From assembly GCA_964016885.1 (NCBI GenBank), contig OZ024741.1, positions 243,846,001 to 243,910,000 on the forward strand: 64,000 bases of DNA. Reading direction: 5' to 3'. Source of the stretch: Eledone cirrhosa (taxonomy: Eukaryota). Within the stretch, counting starts at the first letter, position 1, and each line of letters begins with the position of its first letter. The position numbers were made by a program, and so were the translations under genes. Below are positions 11,101 through 26,760 of this stretch, one piece after another. The notes under the pieces were generated by a model. That model was given only the letters and a program-made list of their open reading frames with translations. It had not been told where the DNA came from and made no database searches.

Positions 11101-14100
11101 ATCCGACCACGGGCGGCAGGCCCACATTCGAAAAGGTTACTCCGCCTGCAAATCGTCATTTTCGGATTCGTTTTCTTCGAAGCACACCATTCGCCGGCGG
11201 ACTTCAGCTGCCTCATTTAGCATGGGCAGCTTTTCTTGAAAATCACACCTCACACAGCAAATGTGTCTCTGCACATGTACTAGTAATTACAGATCGATCC
11301 GACCACGGGCAACCGGCCCACGATCGAAAAGGTAACTCCGGCGGCAAATTCGCATTTTTGTGATTCGTTTCTTCGAAGCACACCATTCGCCGCCGGACTT
11401 CAGAGTCCTCATTTAGCATGGGCAGCTTTTCTTGAAAATCACACCACTCACAGACTATGAGTGTCTGCACATGTACCACTAATTACAGATCGATACGACC
11501 ACGGGCGGCCTGCCCACGATCGAAAAGGTAACTCCGCCGGCAAATCCGCATTTTTGTGATTCGTTTCTTCGAAGCACACCATTCGCCGCCGGACTTCAGC
11601 TTCCTCATTTAGCATGGGCAGCTTTTCTTAAAAATCACACCACACTCAGCAAATGTGTGTCTGCACATGTACCAGTAATTACAGATCGATCCGACCACGG
11701 GCGGCCTGCCCACGATCGAAAAGGTAACTCCGCCGGCAAATTCGCATTTTTGTGATTCGTTTCTTCGAAGCACACCATTCGCTGGTGGACTTCAGCTTCC
11801 TCATTTAACATGGGCAGCTTTTCTTGAAAATCACACCACACTTAGCAAATGTGTGTCTGCACATGTACCAGTAATTACAGATCGATCCGCCCACGGGCGG
11901 CCGGCTCACGATCGAAAATGTAACTCCGCCGGCAAATTCGCATTTTTGTGATTCATTTCTTCGAAGCACACCATTCGCTGGTGGACTTCAGCTTCCTCAT
12001 TTAGCATGGGCAGCTTTTCTTGAAAATCACACCACACACAGCCAATGAGTGTCTGCACATGTACCAGTAATTACAGATCGATCCGACCACGGGCGGCCGG
12101 CCCACGATCGAAAAGGTAACTCCGCCGGCAAATTCGCATTTTTGTGATTCGTTTCTTCGAAGCACACCATTAGCCGCCGGACTTCAGCTTCCTCATTTAG
12201 CATGGGCAGCTTTTCTTGAAAATCACACCACACACAGCAAATGTGTGTCTGCACATGTACCAGTACGTACAGATCGATCCGACCACGGGCGGCAGGCCCA
12301 CATTCGAAAAGGTTACTCCGCCTGCAAATCGTCATTTTCGGATTCGTTTTCTTCGAAGCACACCATTCGCCGGCGGACTTCAGCTGCCTCATTTAGCATG
12401 GGCAGCTTTTCTTGAAAATCACACCACACTCAGCAAATCTGTGTCTGCACATGTACCAGTAATTACAGATCGATCCGACCACGGGCGGCCTGCCCACGAT
12501 CGAAAAGGTAACCCCGCCGGCAAATTCGCATTTTTGCGATTCGTTTCTTCGAAGCACACCATTCGCTGGTGGACTTCAGCTTCCTCATTTAACATGGGCA
12601 GCTTTTCTTGAAAATCACACCACACTCAGCAAATCTGTGTCTGCACATGTACCAGTAATTACAGATCGATCCGACCACCGCCGGCTGGCCCAGGATCGAA
12701 AAGGTAACTCCGGCGGCAAATTCGCATTTTTGTGATTCATTTCTTCGAAGCACACCATTCGCTGGTGGACTTCAGCTTCCTCATTTAGCATGGGCAGCTT
12801 TTCTTGAAAATCACACCACACACAGCCAATGAGTGACTGCACATGTACCAGTAATTACAGATCGATCCGACTACGGGCGGCCTGTCTACGATCGAAAAGG
12901 TAACTCCGCCGGCAAATTCGCATTTTTGTGATTCGTTTCTTCGAAGCACACCATTCGCTGGTGGACTTCAGCTTCCTCATTTAGCATGGGCAGCTTTTCT
13001 TGAAAATCACACCACTCACAGACTATGAGTGTCTGCACATGGACCACTAATTACAGATCGATACGACCACGGGCGGCCTGCCCACGATCGAAAAGGTAAC
13101 TCCGCCGGCAAATCCGCATTTTTGTGATTCGTTTCTTCGAAGCACACCATTCGCCGCCGGACTTCAGCTTCCTCATTTAGCATGGGCAGCTTTTCTTAAA
13201 AATCACACCACACTCAGCAAATGTGTGTCTGCACATGTACCAGTAATTACAGATCGATCCGACCACGGGCGGCCTGCCCACGATCGAAAAGGTAACTCCG
13301 CCGGCAAATTCGCATTTTTGTGATTCGTTTCTTCGAAGGACACCATTCGCTGGTGGACTTCAGCTTCCTCATTTAACATGGGCAGCTTTTCTTGAAAATC
13401 ACACCACACTCAGCAAATGTGTGACTGCACATGTACCAGTAATTACAGATCGATCCGCCCACGGGCGGCCGGGCCACGATCGAAAATGTAACTCCGCCGG
13501 CAAATTCGCATTTTTGTGATTCATTTCTTCGAAGCACACCATTCGCTGGTGGACTTCAGCTTCCTCATTTAGCATGGGCAGCTTTTCTTGAAAATCACAC
13601 CACACACAGCAAATTTGTGTCTACACAGGTACCAGTAATTACAGATCGATCCGACCACGGACGGCTGGCCCAGGATCGAAAAGGTAACTCCGGCGGCAAA
13701 TTCGCATTTTTGTGATTCGTTTCTTCGAAGCACACCATTCGCTGGTGGACTTCAGCTTCCTCATTTAGCATGGGCAGCTTTTCTTGAAAATCACACCACA
13801 CACAGCCAATGAGTGTCTGCACATGTACCAGTAATTACAGATCGATCCGACCACGGGCGGCCGGCCCACGATCGAAAAGGTAACTCCGCCGGCAAATTCG
13901 CATTTTTGTGATTCGTTTCTTCGAAGCACACCATTAGCCGCCGGACTTCAGCTTCCTCATTTAGCATGGGCAGCTTTTCTTGAAAATCACACCACACACA
14001 GCAAATGTGTGTCTGCACATGTACCAGTACGTACAGATCGATCCGACCACGGGCGGCAGGCCCACATTCGAAAAGGTTACTCCGCCTGCAAATCGTCATT

Positions 14101-15111
14101 TTCGGATTCGTTTTCTTCGAAGCACACCATTCGCCGGCGGACTTCAGCTGCCTCATTTAGCATGGGCAGCTTTTCTTGAAAATCACACCTCACACAGCAA
14201 ATGTGTCTCTGCACATGTACTAGTAATTACAGATCGATCCGACCACGGGCAACCGGCCCACGATCGAAAAGGTAACTCCGGCGGCAAATTCGCATTTTTG
14301 TGATTCGTTTCTTCGAAGCACACCATTCGCCGCCGGACTTCAGAGTCCTCATTTAGCATGGGCAGCTTTTCTTGAAAATCACACCACACTCAGCAAATGT
14401 GTGTCTGCACATGTACCAGTAATTACAGATCGATCCGACCACGGGCGGCCTGCCCACGATCGAAAAGGTAACTCCGCCGGCAAATTCGCATTTTTGTGAT
14501 TCGTTTCTTCGAAGCACACCATTCGCTGGTGGACTTCAGCTTCCTCATTTAGCATGGGCAGCTTTTCTTGAAAATCACACCACTCACAGACTATGAGTCT
14601 CTGCACATGTACCAGTAATTACAGATCGATCCGACCATGGGCGGCCTGCCCACGATCGAAAAGGTAACTCCGCCGGCAAATTCGCATTTTTGTGATTCGT
14701 TTCTTCGAAGCACACCATTCGCTGGTGGACTTCAGCTTCCTCATTTAACATGGGCAGCTTTTCTTGAAAATCACACCACACTCAGCAAATGTGTGTCTGC
14801 ACATGTACCAGTAATTACAGATCGATCCGCCCACGGGCGGCCGGCCCACGATCGAAAATGTAACTCCGCCGGCAAATTCGCATTTTTGTGATTCGTTTCT
14901 TCGAAGCACACCATTCGCTGGTGGACTTCAGCTTCCTCATTTAGCATGGGCAGCTTTTCTTGAAAATCACACCACACACAGCAAATGTGTGTCTACACAG
15001 GTACCAGTAATTACAGATCGATCCGACCACGGACGGCTGGCCCAGGATCGAAAAGGTAACTCCGGCGGCAAATTCGCATTTTTGTGATTCGTTTCTTCGA
15101 AGCACACCATT
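2130..15111. repeat. Higher-order tandem duplication, 33-mer (6468-bp period = 18-mer + 15-mer), two copies
   Basis: ORF variants recur at +6468: 2220/8688, 3207/9675, 3795/10263, 6735/13203, 8116/14584, 8303/14771. The match ends at 8644 a vs 15112 c. Confidence 0.9.
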
Positions 15112-15489
15112 CGCTGGTGGACTTCAGCTTCCTCATTTAGCATGGGCAGCTTTTCTTGAAAATCACACCACACACAGCAAATGTGTGTCTGCACATGTAC
15201 CAGTACGTACAGATCGATCCGACCACGGGCGGCCGGCCCACATTCGAAAAGGTTACTCCGCCTGCAAATCGTCATTTTCGGATTCGTTTTCTTCGAAGCA
15301 CACCATTCGCCGGCGGACTTCAGCTGCCTCATTTAGCATGGGCAGCTTTTTTTGAAAATCACACCACACACAGCAAATGTGTCTCTGCACATGTACTAGT
15401 AATTACAGATCGATCCGACCACGGGCCACCGGCCCACGATCGAAAAGGTAACTCCGGCGGCAAATTCGCATTTTTGTGATTCATTTCTT

Positions 15490-18400
15490 CGAAGCACACC
15501 ATTCGCTGGTGGACTTCAGCTTCCTCATTTAACATGGGCAGCTTTTCTTGAACATCACACCAGACTCAGCAAATGTGTGTCTGCACATGTACCAGTAATT
15601 ACAGATCGATCCGACCACGGACGGCTGGCCCAGGATCGAAAAGGTAACTCCGGCGGCAAATTCGCATTTTTGTGATTCGTTTCTTCGAAGCACACCATTC
15701 GCTGGTGGACTTCAGCTTCCTCATTTAGCATGGGCAGCTTTTCTTGAAAATCACACCACACACAGCAAATGTGTGTCTGCACAGGTACCAGTAATTACAG
15801 ATCGATCCGACCACGGACGGCTGGCCCACGATCGAAAAGGTAACTCCGCCGGCAAATCCTAATTTTTGTGATTCGTTTCTTCGAAGCACACCATTCGCCG
15901 CCGGACTTCAGCTTCCTCATTTAGCATGGGCAGCTTTTCTTGAAAATCACACCACACACAGCCAATGAGTGACTGCACATGTACCAGTAATTACAGATCG
16001 ATCCGACAACGGGCGGCCTGCCTACGATCGAAAAGATAACTCCGCCGGCAAATTCGCATTTTTGTGATTCGTTTCTTCGAAGCACACCATTCGCCGCCGG
16101 ACTTCAGCTTCCTCATTTAGCATGGGCAGCTTTTCTTGAAAATCACACCACTCACAGCCAATGAGTCTCTGCAGAGGTACCACTAATTACAGATCGATAC
16201 GACCAGGGGCGGCCTGCCCACGATCGAAAAGGTAACTCCGCCGGAAAATCCGCATTTTTGTGATTCGTTTCTTCGAAGCACACCATTCGCCGCCGGACTT
16301 CAGCTTCCTCATTTAGCAGGGGCAGCTTTTCTTAAAAATCACACCACACTCAGCAAATGTGTGTCTGCACATGTACCAGTAATTACAGATCGATCCGACC
16401 ACGGGCGGCCTGCCCACGATCGAAAAGGTAACTCCGCCGGCAAATTCGCATTTTTGTGATTCGTTTCTTCGAAGCACACCATTCGCTGGTGGACTTCAGC
16501 TTCCTCATTTAGCATGGGCAGCTTTTCTTGAAAATCACACCACTCACAGACTATGAGTCTCTGCACATGTACCACTAATTACAGATCGATACGACCACGG
16601 GCGGCCTGCCCACGATCGAAAAGGTAACTCCGCCGGCAAATCCGCATTTTTGTGATTCGTTTCTTCGAAGCACACCATTCGCCGCCGGACTTCAGCTTCC
16701 TCATTTAGCATGGGCAGCTTTTCTTAAAAATCACACCACACTCAGCAAATGCGTGTCTGCACATGTACCAGTAATTACAGATCGATCCGACCACGGGCGG
16801 CCTGCCTACGATCGAAAAGGTAACTCCGCCGGCAAATTCGCATTTTTGTGATTCGTTTCTTCGAAGCACACCATTCGCCGCCGGACTTCAGCTTCCTCAT
16901 TTAGCATGGGCAGCTTTTCTTGAAAATCACACCACACACAGCAAATGTGTGTCTGCACAGGTACGAGTAATTACAGATCGATCCGACCACGGGCGGCCGG
17001 GCCACGATCGAAAAGGTAACTCCGCCGGCAAATCCGCATTTTTGTGATTCGTTTCTTCGAAGCACACCATTCGCCGCCGGACTTCAGCTTCCTCATTTAG
17101 CATGGGCAGCTTTTCTTGAAAATCACACCACACACAGCAAATGTGTGTCTGCACATTTCCCAGTAATTACAGATCGATCCGACCACGGGCGGCCGGCCCA
17201 CGATCAAAAAGGTAACTCCGCCGGCAAATCCGCATTTTTGTGATTCGTTTCTTCGAAGCACACCATTCGCCGCCGGACTTCAGCTTCCTCATTTAGCATG
17301 GGCAGCTTTTCTTGAAAATCACACCACACACAGCAAATGTGTGTCTGCACATGTACCAGTAATTACAGATCGATCCGACAACGGCCGGCCGGCCCACGAT
17401 CGAAAAGGTAACTCCGCCGGCAAATCCTAATTTTTGTGATTCGTTTCTTCGAAGCACACCATTCGCCGCCGGACTTCAGCTGCCTCATTTAGCATGGGCA
17501 GCTTTTCTTGAAAATCACACCACACACAGCCAATGAGTGACTGCACATGTACCAGTAATTACAGATCGATCCGACAACGGGCGGCCTGCCTACGATCGAA
17601 AAGGTAACTCCGCCGGCAAATTCGCATTTTTGTGATTCGTTTCTTCGAAGCACACCATTCGCCGCCGGACTTCAGCTTCCTCATTTAGCATGGGCAGCTT
17701 TTCTTGAAAATCACACCACTCACAGCCAATGAGTCTCTGCACAGGTACCACTAATTACAGATCGATACGACCAGGGGCGGCCTGCCCACGATCGAAAAGG
17801 TAACTCCGCCGGCAAATCCGCATTTTTGTGATTCGTTTCTTCGAAGCACACCATTCGCCGCCGGACTTCAGCTTCCTCATTTAGCAGGGGCAGCTTTTCT
17901 TAAAAATCACACCACACTCAGCAAATGTGTGTCTGCACATGTACCAGTAATTACAGATCGATCCGACCACGGGCGGCCTGCCCACGATCGAAAAGGTAAC
18001 TCCGCCGGCAAATTCGCATTTTTGTGATTCGTTTCTTCGAAGCACACCATTCGCTGGTGGACTTCAGCTTCCTCATTTAACATGGGCAGCTTTTCTTGAA
18101 CATCACACCAGACTCAGCAAATGTGTGTCTGCACATGTACCAGTAATTACAGATCGATCCGACCACGGACGGCTGGCCCAGGATCGAAAAGGTAACTCCG
18201 GCGGCAAATTCGCATTTTTGTGATTCGTTTCTTCGAAGCACACCATTCGCTGGTGGACTTCAGCTTCCTCATTTAGCATGGGCAGCTTTTCTTGAAAATC
18301 ACACCACACACAGCAAATGTGTGTCTGCACAGGTACCAGTAATTACAGATCGATCCGACCACGGACGGCTGGCCCACGATCGAAAAGGTAACTCCGCCGG

Positions 18401-18897
18401 CAAATCCTAATTTTTGTGATTCGTTTCTTCGAAGCACACCATTCGCCGCCGGACTTCAGCTTCCTCATTTAGCATGGGCAGCTTTTCTTGAAAATCACAC
18501 CACACACAGCCAATGAGTGACTGCACATGTACCAGTAATTACAGATCGATCCGACAACGGGCGGCCTGCCTACGATCGAAAAGGTAACTCCGCCGGCAAA
18601 TTCGCATTTTTGTGATTCGTTTCTTCGAAGCACACCATTCGCCGCCGGACTTCAGCTTCCTCATTTAGCATGGGCAGCTTTTCTTGAAAATCACACCACT
18701 CACAGCCAATGAGTCTCTGCAGAGGTACCACTAATTACAGATCGATACGACCAGGGGCGGCCTGCCCACGATCGAAAAGGTAACTCCGCCGGAAAATCCG
18801 CATTTTTGTGATTCGTTTCTTCGAAGCACACCATTCGCCGCCGGACTTCAGCTTCCTCATTTAGCAGGGGCAGCTTTTCTTAAAAATCACACCACAC
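15490..18897. repeat. Dispersed duplication of a ~4-monomer block at 13-monomer (2548-bp) offset
   Basis: The rare marker 'ttgaacatcacaccagactc' occurs at about 15553 and 18101, and 'gcagaggtac' at 16171 and 18719. The match ends at about 16349/18897. Confidence 0.8.
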
Positions 18898-21826
18898 ACA
18901 GCAAATGTGTGTCTGCACATGTACCAGTAATTACAGATCGATCCGACAACGGGCGGCCTGCCTACGATCGAAAAGGTAACTCCGCCGGCAAATTCGCATT
19001 TTTGTGATTCGTTTCTTCGAAGCACACCATTCGCCGCCGGACTTCAGCTTCCTCATTTAGCATGGGCAGCTTTTCTTGAAAATCACACCACTCACAGCCA
19101 ATGAGTCTCTGCAGAGGTACCACTAATTACAGATCGATACGACCAGGGGCGGCCTGCCCACGATCGAAAAGGTAACTCCGCCGGAAAATCCGCATTTTTG
19201 TGATTCGTTTCTTCGAAGCACACCATTCGCCGCCGGACTTCAGCTTCCTCATTTAGCAGGGGCAGCTTTTCTTAAAAATCACACCACACTCAGCAAATGT
19301 GTGTCTGCACATGTACCAGTAATTACAGATCGATCCGACCACGGGCGGCCTGCCCACGATCGAAAAGGTAACTCCGCCGGCAAATTCGCATTTTTGTGAT
19401 TCGTTTCTTCGAAGCACACCATTCGCTGGTGGACTTCAGCTTCCTCATTTAGCATGGGCAGCTTTTCTTGAAAATCACACCACTCACAGACTATGAGTCT
19501 CTGCACATGTACCACTAATTACAGATCGATACGACCACGGGCGGCCTGCCCACGATCGAAAAGGTAACTCCGCCGGCAAATCCGCATTTTTGTGATTCGT
19601 TTCTTCGAAGCACACCATTCGCCGCCGGACTTCAGCTTCCTCATTTAGCATGGGCAGCTTTTCTTAAAAATCACACCACACTCAGCAAATGAGTGTCTGC
19701 ACATGTACCAGTAATTACAGATCGATCCGACCACGGGCGGCCTGCCTACGATCGAAAAGGTAACTCCGCCGGCAAATTCGCATTTTTGTGATTCGTTTCT
19801 TCGAAGCACACCATTCGCCGCCGGACTTCAGCTTCCTCATTTAGCATGGGCAGCTTTTCTTGAAAATCACACCACACACAGCAAATGTGTGTCTGCACAG
19901 GTACGAGTAATTACAGATCGATCCGACCACGGGCGGCCGGCCCACGATCAAAAAGGTAACTCCGCCGGCAAATCCGCATTTTTGTGATTCGTTTCTTCGA
20001 AGCACACCATTCGCCGCCGGACTTCAGCTTCCTCATTTAGCATGGGCAGCTTTTCTTGAAAATCACACCACACACAGCAAATGTGTGTCTGCACATGTAC
20101 CAGTAATTACAGATCGATCCGACAACGGCCGGCCGGCCCACGATCGAAAAGGTAACTCCGCCGGCAAAGTCGCATTTTTGTGATTCGTTTCTTCGAAGCA
20201 CACCATTCGCTGGTGGACTTCAGCTTCCTCATTTAACATGGGCAGCTTTTCTTGAAAATCACACCACACTCAGCAAATGTGTGTCTGCACATGTACCAGT
20301 AATTACAGATCGATCCGACCACGGACGGCTGGCCCAGGATCGAAAAGGTAACTCCGGCGGCAAATTCGCATTTTTGTGATTCGTTTCTTCGAAGCACACC
20401 ATTCGCTGGTGGACTTCAGCTTCCTCATTTAGCATGGGCAGCTTTTCTTGAAAATCACACCACACACAGCAATTGTGTGTCTGCACATGTACCAGTACGT
20501 ACAGATCGATCCGACCACGGGCGGCCGGCCCACATTCGAAAAGGTTACTCCGCCTGCAAATCGTCATTTTTGGATTCGTTTTCTTCGAAGCACACCATTC
20601 GCCGGCGGACTTCAGCTGCCTCATTTAGCATGGGCAGCTTTTCTTGAAAATCACACCACACACAGCAAATGTGTCTCTGCACATGTACTAGTAATTACAG
20701 ATCGATCCGACCACGGGCCACCGGCCCACGATCGAAAAGGTAACTCCGGCGGCAAATTCGCATTTTTGTGATTCATTTCTTCGAAGCACACCATTCGCTG
20801 GTGGACTTCAGCTTCCTCATTTAGCATGGGCAGCTTTTCTTGAAAATCACACCACACACAGCAAATGTGTGTCTGCACAGGTACCAGTAATTACAGATCG
20901 ATCCGACCACGGACGGCTGGCCCACGATCGAAAAGGTAACTCCGCCGGCAAATCCTAATTTTTGTGATTCGTTTCTTCGAAGCACACCATTCGCCGCCGG
21001 ACTTCAGCTTCCTCATTTAGCATGGGCAGCTTTTCTTGAAAATCACACCACACACAGCCAATGAGTGACTGCACATGTACCAGTAATTACAGATCGATCC
21101 GACAACGGGCGGCCTGCCTACGATCGAAAAGGTAACTCCGCCGGCAAATTCGCATTTTTGTGATTCGTTTCTTCGAAGCACACCATTCGCCGCCGGACTT
21201 CAGCTTCCTCATTTAGCATGGGCAGCTTTTCTTGAAAATCACACCACTCACAGCCAATGAGTCTCTGCACAGGTACCACTAATTACAGATCGATACGACC
21301 AGGGGCGGCCTGCCCACGATCGAAAAGGTAACTCCGCCGGCAAATCCGCATTTTTGTGATTCGTTTCTTCGAAGCACACCATTCGCCGCCGGACTTCAGC
21401 TTCCTCATTTAGCAGGGGCAGCTTTTCTTAAAAATCACACCACACTCAGCAAATGTGTGTCTGCACATGTACCAGTAATTACAGATCGATCCGACCACGG
21501 GCGGCCTGCCCACGATCGAAAAGGTAACTCCGCCGGCAAATTCGCATTTTTGTGATTCGTTTCTTCGAAGCACACCATTCGCTGGTGGACTTCAGCTTCC
21601 TCATTTAACATGGGCAGCTTTTCTTGAAAATCACACCACACTCAGCAAATCTGTGTCTGCACATGTACCAGTAATTACAGATCGATCCGCCCACGGGCGG
21701 CCGGCCCACGATCGAAAATGTAACTCCGCCGGCAAATTCGCATTTTTGTGATTCGTTTCTTCGAAGCACACCATTCGCTGGTGGACTTCAGCTTCCTCAT
21801 TTAGCATGGGCAGCTTTTCTTGAAAA

Positions 21827-24800
21827 TCACACCACACTCAGCAAATGTGTGTCTGCACATGTACCAGTAATTACAGATCGATACGACCACGGGCGGCCTG
21901 CCCACGATCGAAAAGGTAACTCCGCCGGCAAATCCGCATTTTTGTGATTCGTTTCTTCGAAGCACACCATTCGCCGCCGGACTTCAGCTTCCTCATTTAG
22001 CATGGGCAGCTTTTCTTGAAAATCACACCACACACAGCAAATGTGTCTCTGCACATGTACTAGTAATTACAGATCGATCCGACCACGGGCCACCGGCCCA
22101 CGATCGAAAAGGTAACTCCGGCGGCAAAATCGCATTTTTGTGATTCATTTCTTCGAAGCACACCATTCGCTGGTGGACTTCAGCTTCCTCATTTAGCATG
22201 GGCAGCTTTTCTTGAAAATCACACCACACACAGCCAATGAGTGTCTGCACAGGTACCAGTAATTACAGATCGATCCGACCACGGGCGGCCTGCCCACGAT
22301 CGAAAAGGTAACTCCGCCGGCAAATCCGCATTTTTGTGATTCGTTTCTTCGAAGCACACCATTTGCTGGTGGACTTCAGCTTCCTCATTTAGCGTGGGCA
22401 GCTTTTCTTGAAAATCACACCACTCACAGACAATGAGTCTCTGCACATGTACCACTAATTACAGATCGATACGACCAAGGGCGGCCTGCCCACCATCGAA
22501 AAGGTAACTCCGCCGGCAAATCCGCATTTTTGTGATTCGTTTCTTCGAAGCACACCATTCGCCGCCGGACTTCAGCTTCCTCATTTAGCATGGGCAGCTT
22601 TTCTTAAAAATCACACCACACTCAGCAAATGAGTGTCTGCACATGTACCAGTAATTACAGATCGATCCGACCACGGGCGGCCTGCCTACGATCGAAAAGG
22701 TAACTCCGCCGGCAAATTCGCATTTTTGTGATTCGTTTCTTCGAAGCACACCATTCGCCGCCGGACTTCAGCTTCCTCATTTAGCATGGGCAGCTTTTCT
22801 TGAAAATCACACCACACACAGCAAATGTGTGTCTGCACAGGTACGAGTAATTACAGATCGATCCGACCACGGGCGGCCGGCCCACGATCGAAAAGGTAAC
22901 TCCGCCGGCAAATCCGCATTTTTGTGATTCGTTTCTTCGAAGCACACCATTCGCCGCCGGACTTCAGCTTCCTCATTTAGCATGGGCAGCTTTTCTTGAA
23001 AATCACACCACACACAGCAAATGTGTGTCTGCACATTTCCCAGTAATTACAGATCGATCCGACCACGGGCGGCCGGCCCACGATCAAAAAGGTAACTCCG
23101 CCGGCAAATCCGCATTTTTGTGATTCGTTTCTTCGAAGCACACCATTCGCCGCCGGACTTCAGCTTCCTCATTTAGCATGGGCAGCTTTTCTTGAAAATC
23201 ACACCACACACAGCAAATGTGTGTCTGCACAGGTACCAGTAATTACAGATCGATCCGACCACGGACGGCTGGCCCACGATCGAAAAGGTAACTCCGCCGG
23301 CAAATCCTAATTTTTGTGATTCGTTTCTTCGAAGCACACCATTCGCCGCCGGACTTCAGCTTCCTCATTTAGCATGGGCAGCTTTTCTTGAAAATCACAC
23401 CACACACAGCCAATGAGTGACTGCACATGTACCAGTAATTACAGATCGATCCGCCCACGGGCGGCCGGCCCACGATCGAAAATGTAACTCCGCCGGCAAA
23501 TTCGCATTTTTGTGATTCGTTTCTTCGAAGCACACCATTCGCTGGTGGACTTCAGTTTCCTCATTTAGCATGGGCAGCTTTTCTTGAAAATCACACCACA
23601 CTCAGCAAATGTGTGTCTGCACATGTACCAGTAATTACAGATCGATACGACCACGGGCGGCCTGCCCACGATCGAAAAGGTAACTCCGCCGGCAAATCCG
23701 CATTTTTGTGATTCGTTTCTTCGAAGCACACCATTCGCCGCCGGACTTCAGCTTCCTCATTTAGCATGGGCAGCTTTTCTTGAAAATCACACCACACACA
23801 GCAAATGTGTCTCTGCACATGTACTAGTAATTACAGATCGATCCGACCACGGGCCACCGGCCCACGATCGAAAAGGTAACTCCGGCGGCAAAATCGCATT
23901 TTTGTGATTCATTTCTTCGAAGCACACCATTCGCTGGTGGACTTCAGCTTCCTCATTTAGCATGGGCAGCTTTTCTTGAAAATCACACCACACACAGCCA
24001 ATGAGTGTCTGCACAGGTACCAGTAATTACAGATCGATCCGACCACGGGCGGCCTGCCCACGATCGAAAAGGTAACTCCGCCGGCAAATCCGCATTTTTG
24101 TGATTCGTTTCTTCGAAGCACACCATTTGCTGGTGGACTTCAGCTTCCTCATTTAGCGTGGGCAGCTTTTCTTGAAAATCACACCACTCACAGACAATGA
24201 GTCTCTGCACATGTACCACTAATTACAGATCGATACGACCAAGGGCGGCCTGCCCACCATCGAAAAGGTAACTCCGCCGGCAAATCCGCATTTTTGTGAT
24301 TCGTTTCTTCGAAGCACACCATTCGCCGCCGGACTTCAGCTTCCTCATTTAGCATGGGCAGCTTTTCTTGAAAATCACACCACTCACAGACTATGAGTGT
24401 CTGCACATGTACCACTAATTACAGATCGATACGACCACGGGCGGCCTGCCCACGATCGAAAAGGTAACTCCGCCGGCAAATCCGCATTTTTGTGATTCGT
24501 TTCTTCGAAGCACACCATTCGCCGCCGGACTTCAGCTTCCTCATTTAGCATGGGCAGCTTTTCTTAAAAATCACACCACACTCAGCAAATGTGTGTCTGC
24601 ACATGTACCAGTAATTACAGATCGATCCGACCACGGGCGGCCGGCCCACGATCGAAAAGGTAACTCCGCCGGCAAATTCGCATTTTTGTGATTCGTTTCT
24701 TCGAAGCACACCATTCGCCGCCGGACTTCAGCTTCCTCATTTAGCATGGGCAGCTTTTCTTGAAAATCACACCACACACAGCAAATCTGTGTCTGCACAT

Positions 24801-26760
24801 GTACCAGTAATTACAGATCGATCCGACCACGGGCGGCCGGCCCACATTCGAAAAGGTTACTCCGCCTGCAAATCGTCATTTTCGGATTCGTTTTCTTCGA
24901 AGCACACCATTCGCCGGCGGACTTCAGCTGCCTCATTTAGCATGGGCAGCTTTTCTTGAAAATCACACCACACACAGCAAATGTGTCTCTGCACATGTAC
25001 TAGTAATTACAGATCGATCCGACCACGGGCCACCGGCCCACGATCGAAAAGGTAACTCCGGCGGCAAATTCGCATTTTTGTGATTCATTTCTTCGAAGCA
25101 CACCATTCGCTGGTGGACTTCAGCTTCCTCATTTAGCATGGGCAGCTTTTCTTGAAAATCACACCACTCACAGCCAATGAGTCTCTGCACAGGTACCACT
25201 AATTACAGATCGATACGACCAGGGGCGGCCTGCCCACGATCGAAAAGGTAACTCCGCCGGCAAATCCGCATTTTTGTGATTCGTTTCTTCGAAGCACACC
25301 ATTCGCCGCCGGACTTCAGCTTCCTCATTTAGCAGGGGCAGCTTTTCTTAAAAATCACACCACACTCAGCAAATGTGTGTCTGCACATGTACCAGTAATT
25401 ACAGATCGATCCGACCACGGGCGGCCTGCCCACGATCGAAAAGGTAACTCCGCCGGCAAATTCGCATTTTTGTGATTCGTTTCTTCGAAGCACACCATTC
25501 GCTGGTGGACTTCAGCTTCCTCATTTCACATGGGCAGCTTTTCTTGAAAATCACACCACACTCAGCAAATGTGTGTCTGCACATGTACCAGTAATTACAG
25601 ATCGATCCGCCCACGGGCGGCCGGCCCACGATCGAAAATGTAACTCCGCCGGCAAATTCGCATTTTTGTGATTCGTTTCTTCGAAGCACACCATTCGCTG
25701 GTGGACTTCAGTTTCCTCATTTAGCATGGGCAGCTTTTCTTGAAAATCACACCACACTCAGCAAATGTGTGTCTGCACATGTACCAGTAATTACAGATCG
25801 ATACGACCACGGGCGGCCTGCCCACGATCGAAAAGGTAACTCCGCCGGCAAATCCGCATTTTTGTGATTCGTTTCTTCGAAGCACACCATTCGCCGCCGG
25901 ACTTCAGCTTCCTCATTTAGCATGGGCAGCTTTTCTTGAAAATCACACCACACACAGCAAATGTGTCTCTGCACATGTACTAGTAATTACAGATCGATCC
26001 GACCACGGGCCACCGGCCCACGATCGAAAAGGTAACTCCGGCGGCAAAATCGCATTTTTGTGATTCATTTCTTCGAAGCACACCATTCGCTGGTGGACTT
26101 CAGCTTCCTCATTTAGCATGGGCAGCTTTTCTTGAAAATCACACCACACACAGCCAATGAGTGTCTGCACAGGTACCAGTAATTACAGATCGATCCGACC
26201 ACGGGCGGCCTGCCCACGATCGAAAAGGTAACTCCGCCGGCAAATCCGCATTTTTGTGATTCGTTTCTTCGAAGCACACCATTTGCTGGTGGACTTCAGC
26301 TTCCTCATTTAGCGTGGGCAGCTTTTCTTGAAAATCACACCACTCACAGACAATGAGTCTCTGCACATGTACCACTAATTACAGATCGATACGACCAAGG
26401 GCGGCCTGCCCACCATCGAAAAGGTAACTCCGCCGGCAAATCCGCATTTTTGTGATTCGTTTCTTCGAAGCACACCATTCGCCGCCGGACTTCAGCTTCC
26501 TCATTTAGCATGGGCAGCTTTTCTTGAAAATCACACCACTCACAGACTATGAGTGTCTGCACATGTACCACTAATTACAGATCGATACGACCACGGGCGG
26601 CCTGCCCACGATCGAAAAGGTAACTCCGCCGGCAAATCCGCATTTTTGTGATTCGTTTCTTCGAAGCACACCATTCGCCGCCGGACTTCAGCTTCCTCAT
26701 TTAGCATGGGCAGCTTTTCTTAAAAATCACACCACACTCAGCAAATGTGTGTCTGCACAT
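21827..26760. repeat. Repeated 4-5 monomer cassette at 9- and 11-monomer offsets
   Basis: The marker 'ggcaaaatcgc' (NAILPP ORFs) occurs in monomers 22023, 23787, 25943 (offsets 1764 and 2156) and again at 29471. The following monomer carries 'atttgctgg...ttagcgtgg'. Confidence 0.8.
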
